A stretch of DNA of 64,000 bases from Acidimicrobiia bacterium (GTDB lineage Bacteria; Actinomycetota; Acidimicrobiia; Spongiisociales; ZC4RG35). Made by a program: the position numbers and the translations under genes. The notes beneath the pieces were generated by a model. The model was not told the origin of the DNA. It did no database searches and saw only the letters and a list, made by a program, of their open reading frames with translations. Shown in pieces: positions 36,044 to 46,390 of this stretch (positions are counted from its first letter, which is position 1; each line of letters opens with the position of its first letter). The DNA lies in contig JBBDHV010000059.1 in the NCBI GenBank assembly GCA_040880725.1, forward strand, positions 508 through 64,507. Direction: 5' to 3'.

Positions 36044-36855
36044 GGGCGCTACGCAGAGACGACTTCGAATACCCCGAAAGACTGCGCCGCCTGCCGGAGC
36101 CACCCGATCCGCTGTACGTGCGGGGAAGCATTCCTGACGCACCTGCGGTGGCGGTGGTGGGATCGCGGCGGTGCACCCGGTACGGCTCGGCAATGGCGCG
36201 CACCTTGGCGAAGTCAATCGCCTCGGCAGGCTGGACCGTGGTGAGCGGGTTGGCGCGAGGCATCGACACCGCTGGACACCTCGGAGCCCTCGACGGTGGC
36301 GGACCTACGGTGGCGGTGCTCGGATCGGGAATCGACGTCTGGTACCCGGCATCCAATCGACTCCTCGGCGAACGGATCCTCGAAGCGGGCGCGGTTGTGT
36401 CCGAATACCCGTCCGGCACGACCCCCGCTCCGTGGCGGTTCCCGGCGCGAAACCGCATCATCGTGGGGTTGTCCGATGCGGTGGTGGTCGTGGAAGCGGC
36501 GGAGCGTTCGGGTGCGCTGATCACTGCTCGTCTCGCGATGGAACAGGGGGTCGAGGTTTTCGCCGTGCCGGGCGATCTCGATCGGGAGACATCGCGAGGG
36601 ACAAACCGTCTGATCGCAGATGGTGCCCACCCCCTCGTCGCTCCCGGCGAGATCGTCGAGGGTCTGGAGCGAATCCTCGGACCGGCTCCGCAGACGGGTT
36701 CCCAGCCCGCAGCTGCCCTCGACGGGCCGATGTTCGTCCATGAGATCGCCGCGTCCCTCGGCGTGAGTATCGGGGAGGCGTCGAAGCGGGTCAGCCAGTG
36801 GGAACTGGCCGGCCTGGTGCGTCTCCGAGAGGGAATGGTGGAACCGGTGGTGTGA
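36040..36855 (+). CDS. dprA: DNA-processing protein DprA (Smf)
   Basis: YPERLRRLPEPPDPLYVRG, VVGSRRCTRYG, SGLARGIDTAGH, GAL(I)TARLA. ATG overlaps the comM stop (ATGA). Confidence 0.9.
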   Translation: MRALRRDDFEYPERLRRLPEPPDPLYVRGSIPDAPAVAVVGSRRCTRYGSAMARTLAKSIASAGWTVVSGLARGIDTAGHLGALDGGGPTVAVLGSGIDVWYPASNRLLGERILEAGAVVSEYPSGTTPAPWRFPARNRIIVGLSDAVVVVEAAERSGALITARLAMEQGVEVFAVPGDLDRETSRGTNRLIADGAHPLVAPGEIVEGLERILGPAPQTGSQPAAALDGPMFVHEIAASLGVSIGEASKRVSQWELAGLVRLREGMVEPVV

Positions 36856-36889
36856 GCCATCGACCAGTTGCATATCCCACGCCGGACAG

Positions 36890-37045
36890 GTCTCAAACCC
36901 AGGGTTCCAGACCACACTGGGCGTAGTCCCCAGCCCGTGATTCGGCGGGCGCGAGCGACGGTTGGCCCGAGACCCTGATCCGCGGGCTCAGGACCACACT
37001 GGGTGTAGTCACGAACCCCGGGTTCGGGACGACAACCCGCCGGTT
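36890..37045 (+). repeat. Cluster of intergenic palindromic repeat units (36-nt GACCACACTGGGYGTAGT...GGTTCGG units)
   Basis: Units at 36910-36945 and 36992-37027, then a partial third unit. AAACCCAGGGTTC at 36895 and the perfect palindrome GAACCC-C-GGGTTC at 37013-37025. Confidence 0.8.
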
Positions 37046-37073
37046 TTCGCGTTCTGCACGTAGCATCGGCGAG

Positions 37074-37964
37074 GTGTCACCGATTCCTGAACCGCCGGAG
37101 TGGGCTCGAGGAGCTCTCGAGGAATACCTGGGACGGTGTCGGTCCCAGCGGGGGATGTCGCCGCACACGGTGGACGCCTATCGGCGTGATCTCGCCCAGT
37201 TCTTCGATTTCACCGCCCGGGCCGGGTGCGACTCGATCCGCTCGGTCGATCGACGGCTGATCCGACGGTGGCTCGCACAACTCGACACCCGGGGCTACGC
37301 CCGCACCTCGGTGGCGCGGAAGTCGTCATCGGTCCGTGCGTTCTACGAAGACGCCTTGCGCCGCGGTCTGGTGGCGGCGAATCCTGCCGGGGGGCTCCAT
37401 CGGCCCAAGACCCCGGCGCGGCTGCCGCAAGCGCTGCGGCCGGCTGCCGTTGCGTCGGTCCTCGATGCGCTCACGGGCGAGAGTCCCGTCGAACTCCGCG
37501 ATCGGGCGCTCCTCGAGGTGCTGTATGCAACGGGGATGAGGGTGTCGGAGGTTGCGCACCTCACCGTACGGGAGGCCGAAGGACGTGAGACGCTGCGAAC
37601 CCGGGGCAAGGGGGGACGAGATCGGATCGTTCCGCTCGGTGTTCCCGCACAGCGGGCAGTGGCGGAGTGGATCGCACGTGGTCGACCGCATCTCATGGCA
37701 GTACCCACCGACGATCTGTGGATCGGACAACGAGGGGGTAGCCTGGACGAACGAGGAATCCGGCGAGTGGTGGGGCGCCGTCTCGGAACCCACCCACACG
37801 CAATCCGGCATTCCTTTGCAACGCACCTGTTGGAAGGTGGCGCCGACCTCAGAGTGGTCCAGGAACTCCTGGGTCACGTTGATCTGGCAACCACCCAAAT
37901 TTACACTCACATCACCAACGATCACCTTCGAAGGACGTATGAGCGAAGCCACCCGCGGGCCTGA
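37074..37964 (+). CDS. xerC: Tyrosine recombinase XerC
   Basis: 296 aa. ATGMRVSE, HAIRHSFATHLL, LLGHVDLATTQIYTH catalytic motifs. Conserved position after dprA. Confidence 0.88.
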   Translation: MSPIPEPPEWARGALEEYLGRCRSQRGMSPHTVDAYRRDLAQFFDFTARAGCDSIRSVDRRLIRRWLAQLDTRGYARTSVARKSSSVRAFYEDALRRGLVAANPAGGLHRPKTPARLPQALRPAAVASVLDALTGESPVELRDRALLEVLYATGMRVSEVAHLTVREAEGRETLRTRGKGGRDRIVPLGVPAQRAVAEWIARGRPHLMAVPTDDLWIGQRGGSLDERGIRRVVGRRLGTHPHAIRHSFATHLLEGGADLRVVQELLGHVDLATTQIYTHITNDHLRRTYERSHPRA

Positions 37965-38724
37965 TCCGGCGGTCAACGACATCTCGGTCCTCTGGACCGA
38001 GTACAAGGCCTCCGGAGAACCGGAAGCCCGGGATCGACTGATCGTCCACTACTCGCCGCTCGTCAAGTTCGTGGCGGGTCGCGTCGGCGTGGGACTGCCC
38101 CGCAATGTCGATCAGGGTGATCTCGTCTCCAACGGAATCTTCGGACTCATCGATGCCATCGAGAAGTTCGAACCCGAACGCGGCTTCAAGTTCGAGACGT
38201 ACGCCATCAACCGCATCAAGGGTGCGATCCTCGACGAGCTGCGGGCCATGGACTGGGTACCGAGGTCCGTGCGCTCCCGAGCTCGCGAGATCGAACGATC
38301 GGTCGTCGAACTCGAGCACCGCCTCCAACGCACGCCGTCGGACGAGGAACTCGCCACCCACATGAACGTCCGAGTCGACGACCTCCAGGACAACCTGGCG
38401 GAGATCTCGACCCTCGGACTGATCGCCCTGGACGAGGTTCTCGGGCCGGACACCGGCAGTTCCCTCGGGGACATGGTCGCCGATGCGTCGGGGTTGAGCC
38501 CCGAGCAGGCGTTCCAGAAGGAAGAGACCCGGCGCATCCTGGCCGATGCCATCAACCGTCTGCCTGATCGAGAACGTCTCGTGCTCACGCTGTACTACTT
38601 CGAGGGTCTCACGCTCGCCGAGGTCGGAGATGTGCTCGGTGTCACCGAGTCGAGGGTCTGTCAGATTCACGCCAAGAGCGTGATGTCGCTCCGTAACCGG
38701 ATGACCGAACCCTCGTTCCGGTAG
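37939..38724 (+). CDS. FliA/WhiG-family (sigma-28 type) RNA polymerase sigma factor
   Basis: LWTEYKASGEPEARDRLIVHYSPLVKFVAGRV, region 2 FETYAINRIKGAILDELR, region 4 LTLAEVGDVLGVTESRVCQIH. Overlaps the xerC 3' end by 26 nt. Confidence 0.85.
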   Translation: MSEATRGPDPAVNDISVLWTEYKASGEPEARDRLIVHYSPLVKFVAGRVGVGLPRNVDQGDLVSNGIFGLIDAIEKFEPERGFKFETYAINRIKGAILDELRAMDWVPRSVRSRAREIERSVVELEHRLQRTPSDEELATHMNVRVDDLQDNLAEISTLGLIALDEVLGPDTGSSLGDMVADASGLSPEQAFQKEETRRILADAINRLPDRERLVLTLYYFEGLTLAEVGDVLGVTESRVCQIHAKSVMSLRNRMTEPSFR

Positions 38725-38918
38725 TCGCACCGCCGCCGGCCCGGATTCGGCCTTTGGAGGCGAGGACGCACCCCGGCTAGCATTTCACCCAACCAAGCAC
38801 GCTGCGTGCATCCCTCTGGTCCGGGTTCGCCCGGTTGGGATGGTCTCCACACGGACTCACCACCGACTCACATTCGGCTGGCGCGCGGAGCGGACGACAA
38901 CCAGGAAGGAACACATCC

Positions 38919-39635
38919 ATGGCTGTGACCATGAAGCAGCTGCTCGAAGCCGGCGTACATTTCGGGCATCAGACCCGCCGCTGGAACCCGAAGATGGCTC
39001 CGTTCATCTACGGCGAGCGCAACGGCATCCACATCATCGACCTGCGCCAGACCCTCGACCAGGTCCACAAGGCCGCCGACTATGTGAAGGATCTCGCCGC
39101 CAACGGCGGAACCATCCTCTTCGTCGGCACCAAGAAGCAGGCGCAGTCCCCGGTCGAGATGGCCGCCAACGACTCCTCGATGCCCTACGTGAACTATCGC
39201 TGGCTCGGAGGCATGCTCACGAACTTCCAGACGATCCAGAAGCGGATCTATTACATGCGCGAACTCGAGCGCATGGAGGAGTCTGGTGAGATGCAGCTGC
39301 GTCCGAAGAAGGAGCGACTCAAGCTGCGTCGCGAGCTCGAGAAGCTGCAGGCGAACCTCGGTGGAGTCCGCGATCTCAATCGCGTGCCGAATGCCGTGTT
39401 CGTCGTTGACGTCAACGCCGAGCACACCGCGGTCAAGGAAGCCCAGCGCCTTGGTCTCAAGGTGATCGCACTCGTCGATTCGAACTGTGATCCCGACGCC
39501 GTGGACATCGTGATCCCCGGCAACGATGACGCGATCCGCTCTGCCGAGTTGATCGCCATGGCACTGGCAGAAGCAGCCAAGGAAGGCCGCCAGGTGGCCA
39601 CCGCCAAGCAGCAGAAGTCCGACGAAGAGTCCTGA
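38919..39635 (+). CDS. rpsB: 30S ribosomal protein S2
   Basis: [34 protein letters not shown] Shine-Dalgarno upstream. Confidence 0.95.
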   Translation: MAVTMKQLLEAGVHFGHQTRRWNPKMAPFIYGERNGIHIIDLRQTLDQVHKAADYVKDLAANGGTILFVGTKKQAQSPVEMAANDSSMPYVNYRWLGGMLTNFQTIQKRIYYMRELERMEESGEMQLRPKKERLKLRRELEKLQANLGGVRDLNRVPNAVFVVDVNAEHTAVKEAQRLGLKVIALVDSNCDPDAVDIVIPGNDDAIRSAELIAMALAEAAKEGRQVATAKQQKSDEES

Positions 39636-39647
39636 GAGAGATCGAAA

Positions 39648-41017
<1,370 letters not shown>

Positions 41018-41025
41018 GAGGAGCG

Positions 41026-41577
41026 ATGCTCGACGATCTTCTCGCAGAGGCGCGCACCGGAATGGATTCGGCCATTGACCACGTCGCCTCCGAATTCGGC
41101 ACCGTCCGGACCGGCCGGGCGAACCCGCAGATTCTCCACCGCATCCATGCCGAGTATTACGGCACCCTCACTCCACTCCAGCAGCTCGCCTCGATGAGCG
41201 TGCCGGAACCTCGCCTGCTCGTCGTCCAGCCCTTCGACAAGGGAGCGCTCCCGAACATCGAGCGTGCCATTCGTGAATCGGACCTCGGCCTCAATCCATC
41301 CAACGACGGCTCGGTCATTCGCATCGCGTTCCCCACCCTCACCGAGGAGCGGCGCAAGGAGCTGATTCGGATGGTCCGACACATGGCGGAAGAGGGCCGG
41401 ATTGCCGTGCGGAACGTGCGTCGTCACGCCAAGTCCGACATGGAGGCGCTCGCAGGTGAAATCTCCGACGACGAGATCCACCGCTCCGAGAACGATCTGC
41501 AGGACCTCACCGACGAAATGGTCTCCAAGATCGATGATCTGCTCTCCCGCAAGGAGAGCGAACTGCTCGAGGTGTGA
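41026..41577 (+). CDS. frr: Ribosome recycling factor
   Basis: 183 aa. RTGRANPQIL, IRIAFPTLTEERRKEL, AVRNVRRHA. Confidence 0.94.
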   Translation: MLDDLLAEARTGMDSAIDHVASEFGTVRTGRANPQILHRIHAEYYGTLTPLQQLASMSVPEPRLLVVQPFDKGALPNIERAIRESDLGLNPSNDGSVIRIAFPTLTEERRKELIRMVRHMAEEGRIAVRNVRRHAKSDMEALAGEISDDEIHRSENDLQDLTDEMVSKIDDLLSRKESELLEV

Positions 41578-41580
41578 CCC

Positions 41581-42729
41581 ATGTCCGACGACATCCCCAC
41601 GAAGTTCACGCGGCCCTGGGAGGATCCTGACCTCGAGCAGTCCACCGCGTCCGACGCGGACAGTTCCGACTCGCCGGACGTGTCGACCGATGAGGGCGAG
41701 GGGAGTGCCCACCTCGACGATTACACCCACGACGACTACCTCGCAGCCACGACCCGGGAATACCAGGGTCTCGCCGAGGACATCGCGGCTGCCGAAGGTC
41801 TCGAATACGAGCGGCAGGCTGTCGCTGCCTCCATGCCGGGCGTCGGCTCGGGACTGGTCGGTTTCGAAGATGTCACCGGTCGCAGAGGGATCTCCGAAGA
41901 AGATGTCGAAGCCGCAGAGCAGGCACGGACTTCGGATATGACCCTGCGGTTCAGCTCCGGCCTCGTGCTGGTCGGGCTCTTCCTCGGATGTCTGTTTCTC
42001 GGTGGGGTCTGGTTCACCGCCATGGTGACGGTCGCCATGGTGCTGTCGGTCGGAGAGGTGTACGCCACGCTCCGCACCCGCGACTACCGGCCGATTGCGT
42101 TGTTTGGTTTCCTCGGCGTCATCGGTGGCGGAGTGGCCGCTCATGTCGGGGGGCCCGAGGCCCTGGCGTCGACACTGATTGCGGGCGTCACCGCGGTCGC
42201 GCTGTTCTATTCCGTCGTCGTGCGTCGCGACCCGCTCGAGAATGCTGCGGTCACGGTGATGGGCATGGTCTGGGTGTCGCTGCTCTCGTTTGCGATCATC
42301 GTGGGGCGGTCGGAGAACGCAGTCGAGTTGATCCTGCTGCTCGTCGTGCTGACAGCGTTCTTCGACATCGCCGCCTATTTCGTGGGTCGAGCCTTCGGCC
42401 GCCGTCCGATCGCCCCGGTGGTCTCGCCGCGGAAGACCGTGGAAGGCTTGATCGGCGGAATCGTGGTGACGGCTGCCCTCGCCTCGGTGCTCGCCACGAT
42501 TCCCGCGTACGACTTCATGACCATCAGCGGGGCGATACTGGTGGCGTTGGTCGTCTCGATCTTCGCTCCGCTCGGAGACGCCGCGGAGTCGGTGGTGAAG
42601 CGTGCCCTCGGCACCAAGGACATGGGGTCCATCCTCCCGGGACATGGCGGGATGATCGACCGAATCGATGCCCTGCTGTTCGTCGTGCCTGCCGGCTACT
42701 TCTTGTTCCTCGTTCTCGACTACCTGTGA
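41581..42729 (+). CDS. cdsA: Phosphatidate cytidylyltransferase with about 120-aa acidic cytoplasmic N-terminal extension
   Basis: C-terminal signature SVVKRALGTKDMGSILPGHGGMIDRIDA. Multi-TM core. Confidence 0.85.
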   Translation: MSDDIPTKFTRPWEDPDLEQSTASDADSSDSPDVSTDEGEGSAHLDDYTHDDYLAATTREYQGLAEDIAAAEGLEYERQAVAASMPGVGSGLVGFEDVTGRRGISEEDVEAAEQARTSDMTLRFSSGLVLVGLFLGCLFLGGVWFTAMVTVAMVLSVGEVYATLRTRDYRPIALFGFLGVIGGGVAAHVGGPEALASTLIAGVTAVALFYSVVVRRDPLENAAVTVMGMVWVSLLSFAIIVGRSENAVELILLLVVLTAFFDIAAYFVGRAFGRRPIAPVVSPRKTVEGLIGGIVVTAALASVLATIPAYDFMTISGAILVALVVSIFAPLGDAAESVVKRALGTKDMGSILPGHGGMIDRIDALLFVVPAGYFLFLVLDYL

Positions 42730-43871
42730 CCACCCGGCCGCTCGTCGTGCTCGGCGCGACCGGGTCGATCGGCCGCCAGACACTCGAGGTCGCAGCGGAG
42801 CGGGGACTCGAAGTCGCGGCGGTGGCTGCCAGACGACCCGGACCGGAATTGGCGGAGATCGCGGCAAAGCTGCCCGATGCGGTGGTGGTCGCCACCGGAG
42901 GATCCCGCGACGAACGAACGTGGTTCCGCTCCCAGGTGGCGAACGATGTCCGGTGGGGGACCGACGCCCTGCTCGAAGTCTCGGGCCGTGCCGACTCGGT
43001 CGTCGTCAACGGCCTGGTCGGGTCCGCGGGGCTCCGGCCGACGATGGCAGCTCTCGAAGCCGGTAATCGAGTGGCACTCGCGAACAAGGAGAGTCTCGTC
43101 GCCGCCGGGCCGCTCGTGACGGCCACCGCCGCGAGGACCGGCGGCGAGATCATTCCCGTGGATTCCGAGCATTCTGCGCTGTTTCAGCTCGTCGCGGGCG
43201 CGTCGCCAGCCGAGGTCGAGTCGCTGGTCCTCACGGCCAGCGGCGGACCGTTTCGCGGCTGGAAGGCCGAACAGTTGGCGGACGTCACCCCCGCGCAGGC
43301 GCTCGCGCACCCCACATGGGACATGGGGCGGCGAATCTCCGTCGACTCGGCCACGCTTGCGAACAAGGGCCTGGAGGTGATCGAAGCCCACGTGCTCTTC
43401 GGGATTGCATACGAGCGGATCGACGTCGTGGTCCATCCCCAAAGTCTCGTCCATTCACTCATCCGCCTCACCGACGGCTCCTTCATCGCGCACGTCGGTG
43501 CGGCAGACATGCGCATCCCCATCGCATACGCCATCACGCACCCGGAGCGGGTCGCGTCGTCGGTGGGTTTCGACCTCGCAGGAACCAACCTCGAGTTTCA
43601 CCCAGTCGACCGGGCGACGTTCCGGGCGCTCGATCTGGCATACGAATCCGGCTCGCGCGGCGGCCTCGCACCGTGCGTGTTCAACGCTGCGGACGAAATC
43701 GCCGTGCAGGCGTTTCTGGACGGGCGGCTCGGATTCATGGGAATCGCCGAACTCATCGAACGGACGATCGAGGCCACGCCCGCGGGCCAACCCGAGTCCA
43801 TCGACCACGTGCTCGAGGTCGATGCCGAAGCCAGGGCGACGGCGGCGGCGCTGGTTGCGGGAGCCTGCTGA
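42726..43871 (+). CDS. dxr: 1-deoxy-D-xylulose 5-phosphate reductoisomerase
   Basis: LGATGSIGRQTL, LANKESLV, PVDSEHSA, HPTWDMG. GTG overlaps the cdsA stop (GTGA). Confidence 0.93.
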   Translation: MTTRPLVVLGATGSIGRQTLEVAAERGLEVAAVAARRPGPELAEIAAKLPDAVVVATGGSRDERTWFRSQVANDVRWGTDALLEVSGRADSVVVNGLVGSAGLRPTMAALEAGNRVALANKESLVAAGPLVTATAARTGGEIIPVDSEHSALFQLVAGASPAEVESLVLTASGGPFRGWKAEQLADVTPAQALAHPTWDMGRRISVDSATLANKGLEVIEAHVLFGIAYERIDVVVHPQSLVHSLIRLTDGSFIAHVGAADMRIPIAYAITHPERVASSVGFDLAGTNLEFHPVDRATFRALDLAYESGSRGGLAPCVFNAADEIAVQAFLDGRLGFMGIAELIERTIEATPAGQPESIDHVLEVDAEARATAAALVAGAC

Positions 43872-43931
43872 GACCGTCGATTAGCTGCCTGTGGCGGGTA
43901 GCCTGAGCATCTCCATGTCACCTGTCTGCCC

Positions 43932-45062
43932 ATGATCGGCGGTATCGCCGCGCTCGTCGCCCTCGTCGGCTTCATCGTCGCGCACGAAGCCGGTCACTAT
44001 TTCGCCGCCAAGGCGACAGGCATGAAGGTGACGGAGTTCTTCATTGGCTTCGGCCCCCGCATCTGGTCCTTCCGCCGTGGAGAGACCGAGTACGGCATCA
44101 AGCCGATTCCGTTCGGGGCGTACGTCAAGATCGTCGGGATGAACGCCCTCGAGGATGTCCCCCCCGAGGAGGAGCACAGGACGTATCGGTCCAAGCCGTT
44201 CTGGGCGAAGTCTTTTGCCGTGCTCTCCGGCGTGGCCGCCAACTTCCTGATCGCCCTCCTCATCTTCGCCACCGTCGCGATGATCGAGGGCAAGCCGGTG
44301 ATCGTCGACGGTGAACCCGTCGTGTCCACCGAGGTCTCCACCGTGGTGGAGAGCGACGACGCGGGTGCGCCGACGGCAGCAGCCCAAGCGGGCCTGGTGT
44401 CCGGCGATGTCATCGTCGGAGTCGGCGGCGAGCGAGTCGACGACTGGGAGGAACTGCGGACCATCATCGAAGGCATCGCCGGCGAGACGGTGACGCTCGA
44501 CGTGCTTCGAGACGGCGCGGAGGTCCAGCTCACCACCACGATGGGCTCCCGCGTCGATCCGGAGACCGGCGAGACGGCGGGATTCCTCGGTTTCTCCCCC
44601 GCGGTCGCCACCGAGGACATTTCGGTGTTCGAGGCGGGCTGGATCGGGGCGCGGCAGATCGGGGTCGCAGTCGATTTCACGTTCGAGTCGTTCGGCCGGA
44701 TCCTTCGCTTCGACTCTCTCGGTCAGCTCTTCGGGGGGATCACCGGTGGCGAGATCGATCCGGAGATCCGACCGGTGAGTCCCATTGGCATCGTTCAGAT
44801 CGGGAGCCAGAGCGCCGAGTTCGGGGTCATGAACCTCGTCCTGCTCATGGCGTTCGTAAATGTGATCCTGGGCACGCTCAATGCGTTGCCGCTCTATCCC
44901 CTCGACGGTGGGCACTTCGCGGTTGCCCTCTACGAGAAGCTCACCGGGAGGACAGCCGACATTCGCAAGCTCGTTCCCGTCGCGCTGACTGTGATCGGCG
45001 TCATCGGCGTGATCGGTCTGCTTGCCATCGTGCTCGACATCGTCAACCCGATCGATCTCTGA
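43932..45062 (+). CDS. M50 site-2 zinc metalloprotease (RseP/Rip1-like) with PDZ domain
   Basis: HEAGHYF zinc motif and LNALPLYPLDGGH second motif. PDZ-like GLVSGDVIVGVGG. Confidence 0.88.
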   Translation: MIGGIAALVALVGFIVAHEAGHYFAAKATGMKVTEFFIGFGPRIWSFRRGETEYGIKPIPFGAYVKIVGMNALEDVPPEEEHRTYRSKPFWAKSFAVLSGVAANFLIALLIFATVAMIEGKPVIVDGEPVVSTEVSTVVESDDAGAPTAAAQAGLVSGDVIVGVGGERVDDWEELRTIIEGIAGETVTLDVLRDGAEVQLTTTMGSRVDPETGETAGFLGFSPAVATEDISVFEAGWIGARQIGVAVDFTFESFGRILRFDSLGQLFGGITGGEIDPEIRPVSPIGIVQIGSQSAEFGVMNLVLLMAFVNVILGTLNALPLYPLDGGHFAVALYEKLTGRTADIRKLVPVALTVIGVIGVIGLLAIVLDIVNPIDL

Positions 45063-45083
45063 TCGGCGTGGCGAGGATTTAGT

Positions 45084-46301
45084 GTGGCACCCGTGATCGA
45101 ACGCAGAGACACTCGACAGTTGCACGTGGGCGCGGTCGCCGTGGGTGGTGGCGCCCCGGTGTCGGTGCAGTCCATGACCACGACGAAGACCGCCGATGTC
45201 GACGGCACCCTGCAGCAGGTCTACGCCCTCGCTGCCAACGGGGCGGACATCGTCCGGATCACGTGTAACGACGTCGATGCCGCCATCGCGCTCGCCGAGA
45301 TCGTGCCACGGTCACCCGTTCCCATCATCGCCGACATCCATTTCCAGTACCGCCTGGCTCTCGCCGCACTGGAAGCCGGCGTCGACGGACTGCGTCTCAA
45401 TCCGGGAAACATCCGCAAGGAAGACCAGATCAAGGTCGTTGCCAGGGAAGCCAAGGATCGCGGCAAGCCGATCCGCGTCGGAGTCAACGCAGGGTCGCTC
45501 GACAGGGACATCGAGGAGCAGTACGGGGGAGCGACCCCAGAAGCGCTGGTCGCGTCGGCACAGCGGGAGATCCGGTTCCTCGAGGATGTGGATTTCTACG
45601 ACATCAAGATCTCGGTGAAGCATTCCAACGTGCCAACGATGGTCGCGTCGTATCGCCTCCTCGCCGACACGGTGGACTATCCGCTCCATCTGGGGGTCAC
45701 CGAGGCCGGTCCGCTGCCGGGCGGGCTCATCAAGTCCGTGGCAGGAATCGGCACGCTGCTGAACGAGGGCATCGGCGACACGATCCGATTCTCACTCACC
45801 GCAGATCCGGTGGAGGAGGCCAAGGCCGGCCGCCAGCTCCTCGAGTATCTCGGCTTGCGGGAACGCAAGGGTGTCGATCTGATCGCCTGCCCGTCCTGCG
45901 GCCGGGCGGAGGTCGATGTGATCGAGGTCGCCACCAGGGCCCAGGCTGCGCTGGAAGAGGCGAACCTCCCGATCCAGGTGGCCGTGATGGGCTGTGTCGT
46001 GAACGGTCCTGGTGAGGCCAGTTCGGCGGATATCGGGATTGCCGCCGGTCGGGGCCGGGGCCATCTCTTCATCCGCGGGCAGGTGGTGCGGGTGGTTCCG
46101 GAAGCCGAGATGGTCGATGCCCTGTTGGACGAGGCGCGCAAGCTCGTTGCGGAGGGCGTCGACGCCCGGCTGGCCGCCGCGGACGCCAATGCCGCCGCGA
46201 TCACCGAAGCCGAGCGCACCCAACTGGTCGAGATCCAGGGCGACGCCAACCGCACCGAAGATCGCAAGCGCCGAGTCACCGAAGTCGCCGACCGCTCCTG
46301 A
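45084..46301 (+). CDS. ispG: 4-hydroxy-3-methylbut-2-enyl diphosphate synthase
   Basis: VQSMTTT, IRVGVNAGSL, CPSCGR, GCVVNGPGE. Confidence 0.93.
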   Translation: MAPVIERRDTRQLHVGAVAVGGGAPVSVQSMTTTKTADVDGTLQQVYALAANGADIVRITCNDVDAAIALAEIVPRSPVPIIADIHFQYRLALAALEAGVDGLRLNPGNIRKEDQIKVVAREAKDRGKPIRVGVNAGSLDRDIEEQYGGATPEALVASAQREIRFLEDVDFYDIKISVKHSNVPTMVASYRLLADTVDYPLHLGVTEAGPLPGGLIKSVAGIGTLLNEGIGDTIRFSLTADPVEEAKAGRQLLEYLGLRERKGVDLIACPSCGRAEVDVIEVATRAQAALEEANLPIQVAVMGCVVNGPGEASSADIGIAAGRGRGHLFIRGQVVRVVPEAEMVDALLDEARKLVAEGVDARLAAADANAAAITEAERTQLVEIQGDANRTEDRKRRVTEVADRS

Positions 46302-46390
46302 ACCGTGGGCCCGAGACGACACTGGGTGTAGTCCCGAACCCAGGGTTCGTGACGACACTGGGTGTAGTTCCGAGCCCTCGGTTCCGGCGA
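46299..46390 (+). repeat. Two tandem 36-nt repeat units of the same family, starting at the ispG stop codon
   Basis: TGAACCGTGGGC overlaps the stop. Units at 46315-46350 and 46351-46386 (GACGACACTGGGTGTAGT...). Perfect palindrome GAACCC-A-GGGTTC at 46336-46348. Confidence 0.85.

Noticed and set aside
36910-37027. 36-nt direct repeats considered as a possible CRISPR array (also 46315..46386)
   Set aside because: There are only two to three units per locus. Spacing is irregular (46 nt at one locus, zero at the other), the units diverge from each other, and no cas genes are in the window. They fit a REP/BIME-like palindromic repeat family instead.
37074-37964. Tyrosine recombinase considered as a phage or ICE integrase marking a mobile element
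   Set aside because: Its size, its motifs and its conserved position between dprA and the rpsB-tsf cluster match housekeeping XerC. There is no tRNA gene, attachment repeats or phage genes nearby.
38725-38918. rpsB upstream region examined for an S2 autoregulatory leader
   Set aside because: It contains a CCGGG-TTCG-CCCGG hairpin, mentioned under the repeat-family finding. I cannot confirm the known rpsB leader fold without a covariance model.
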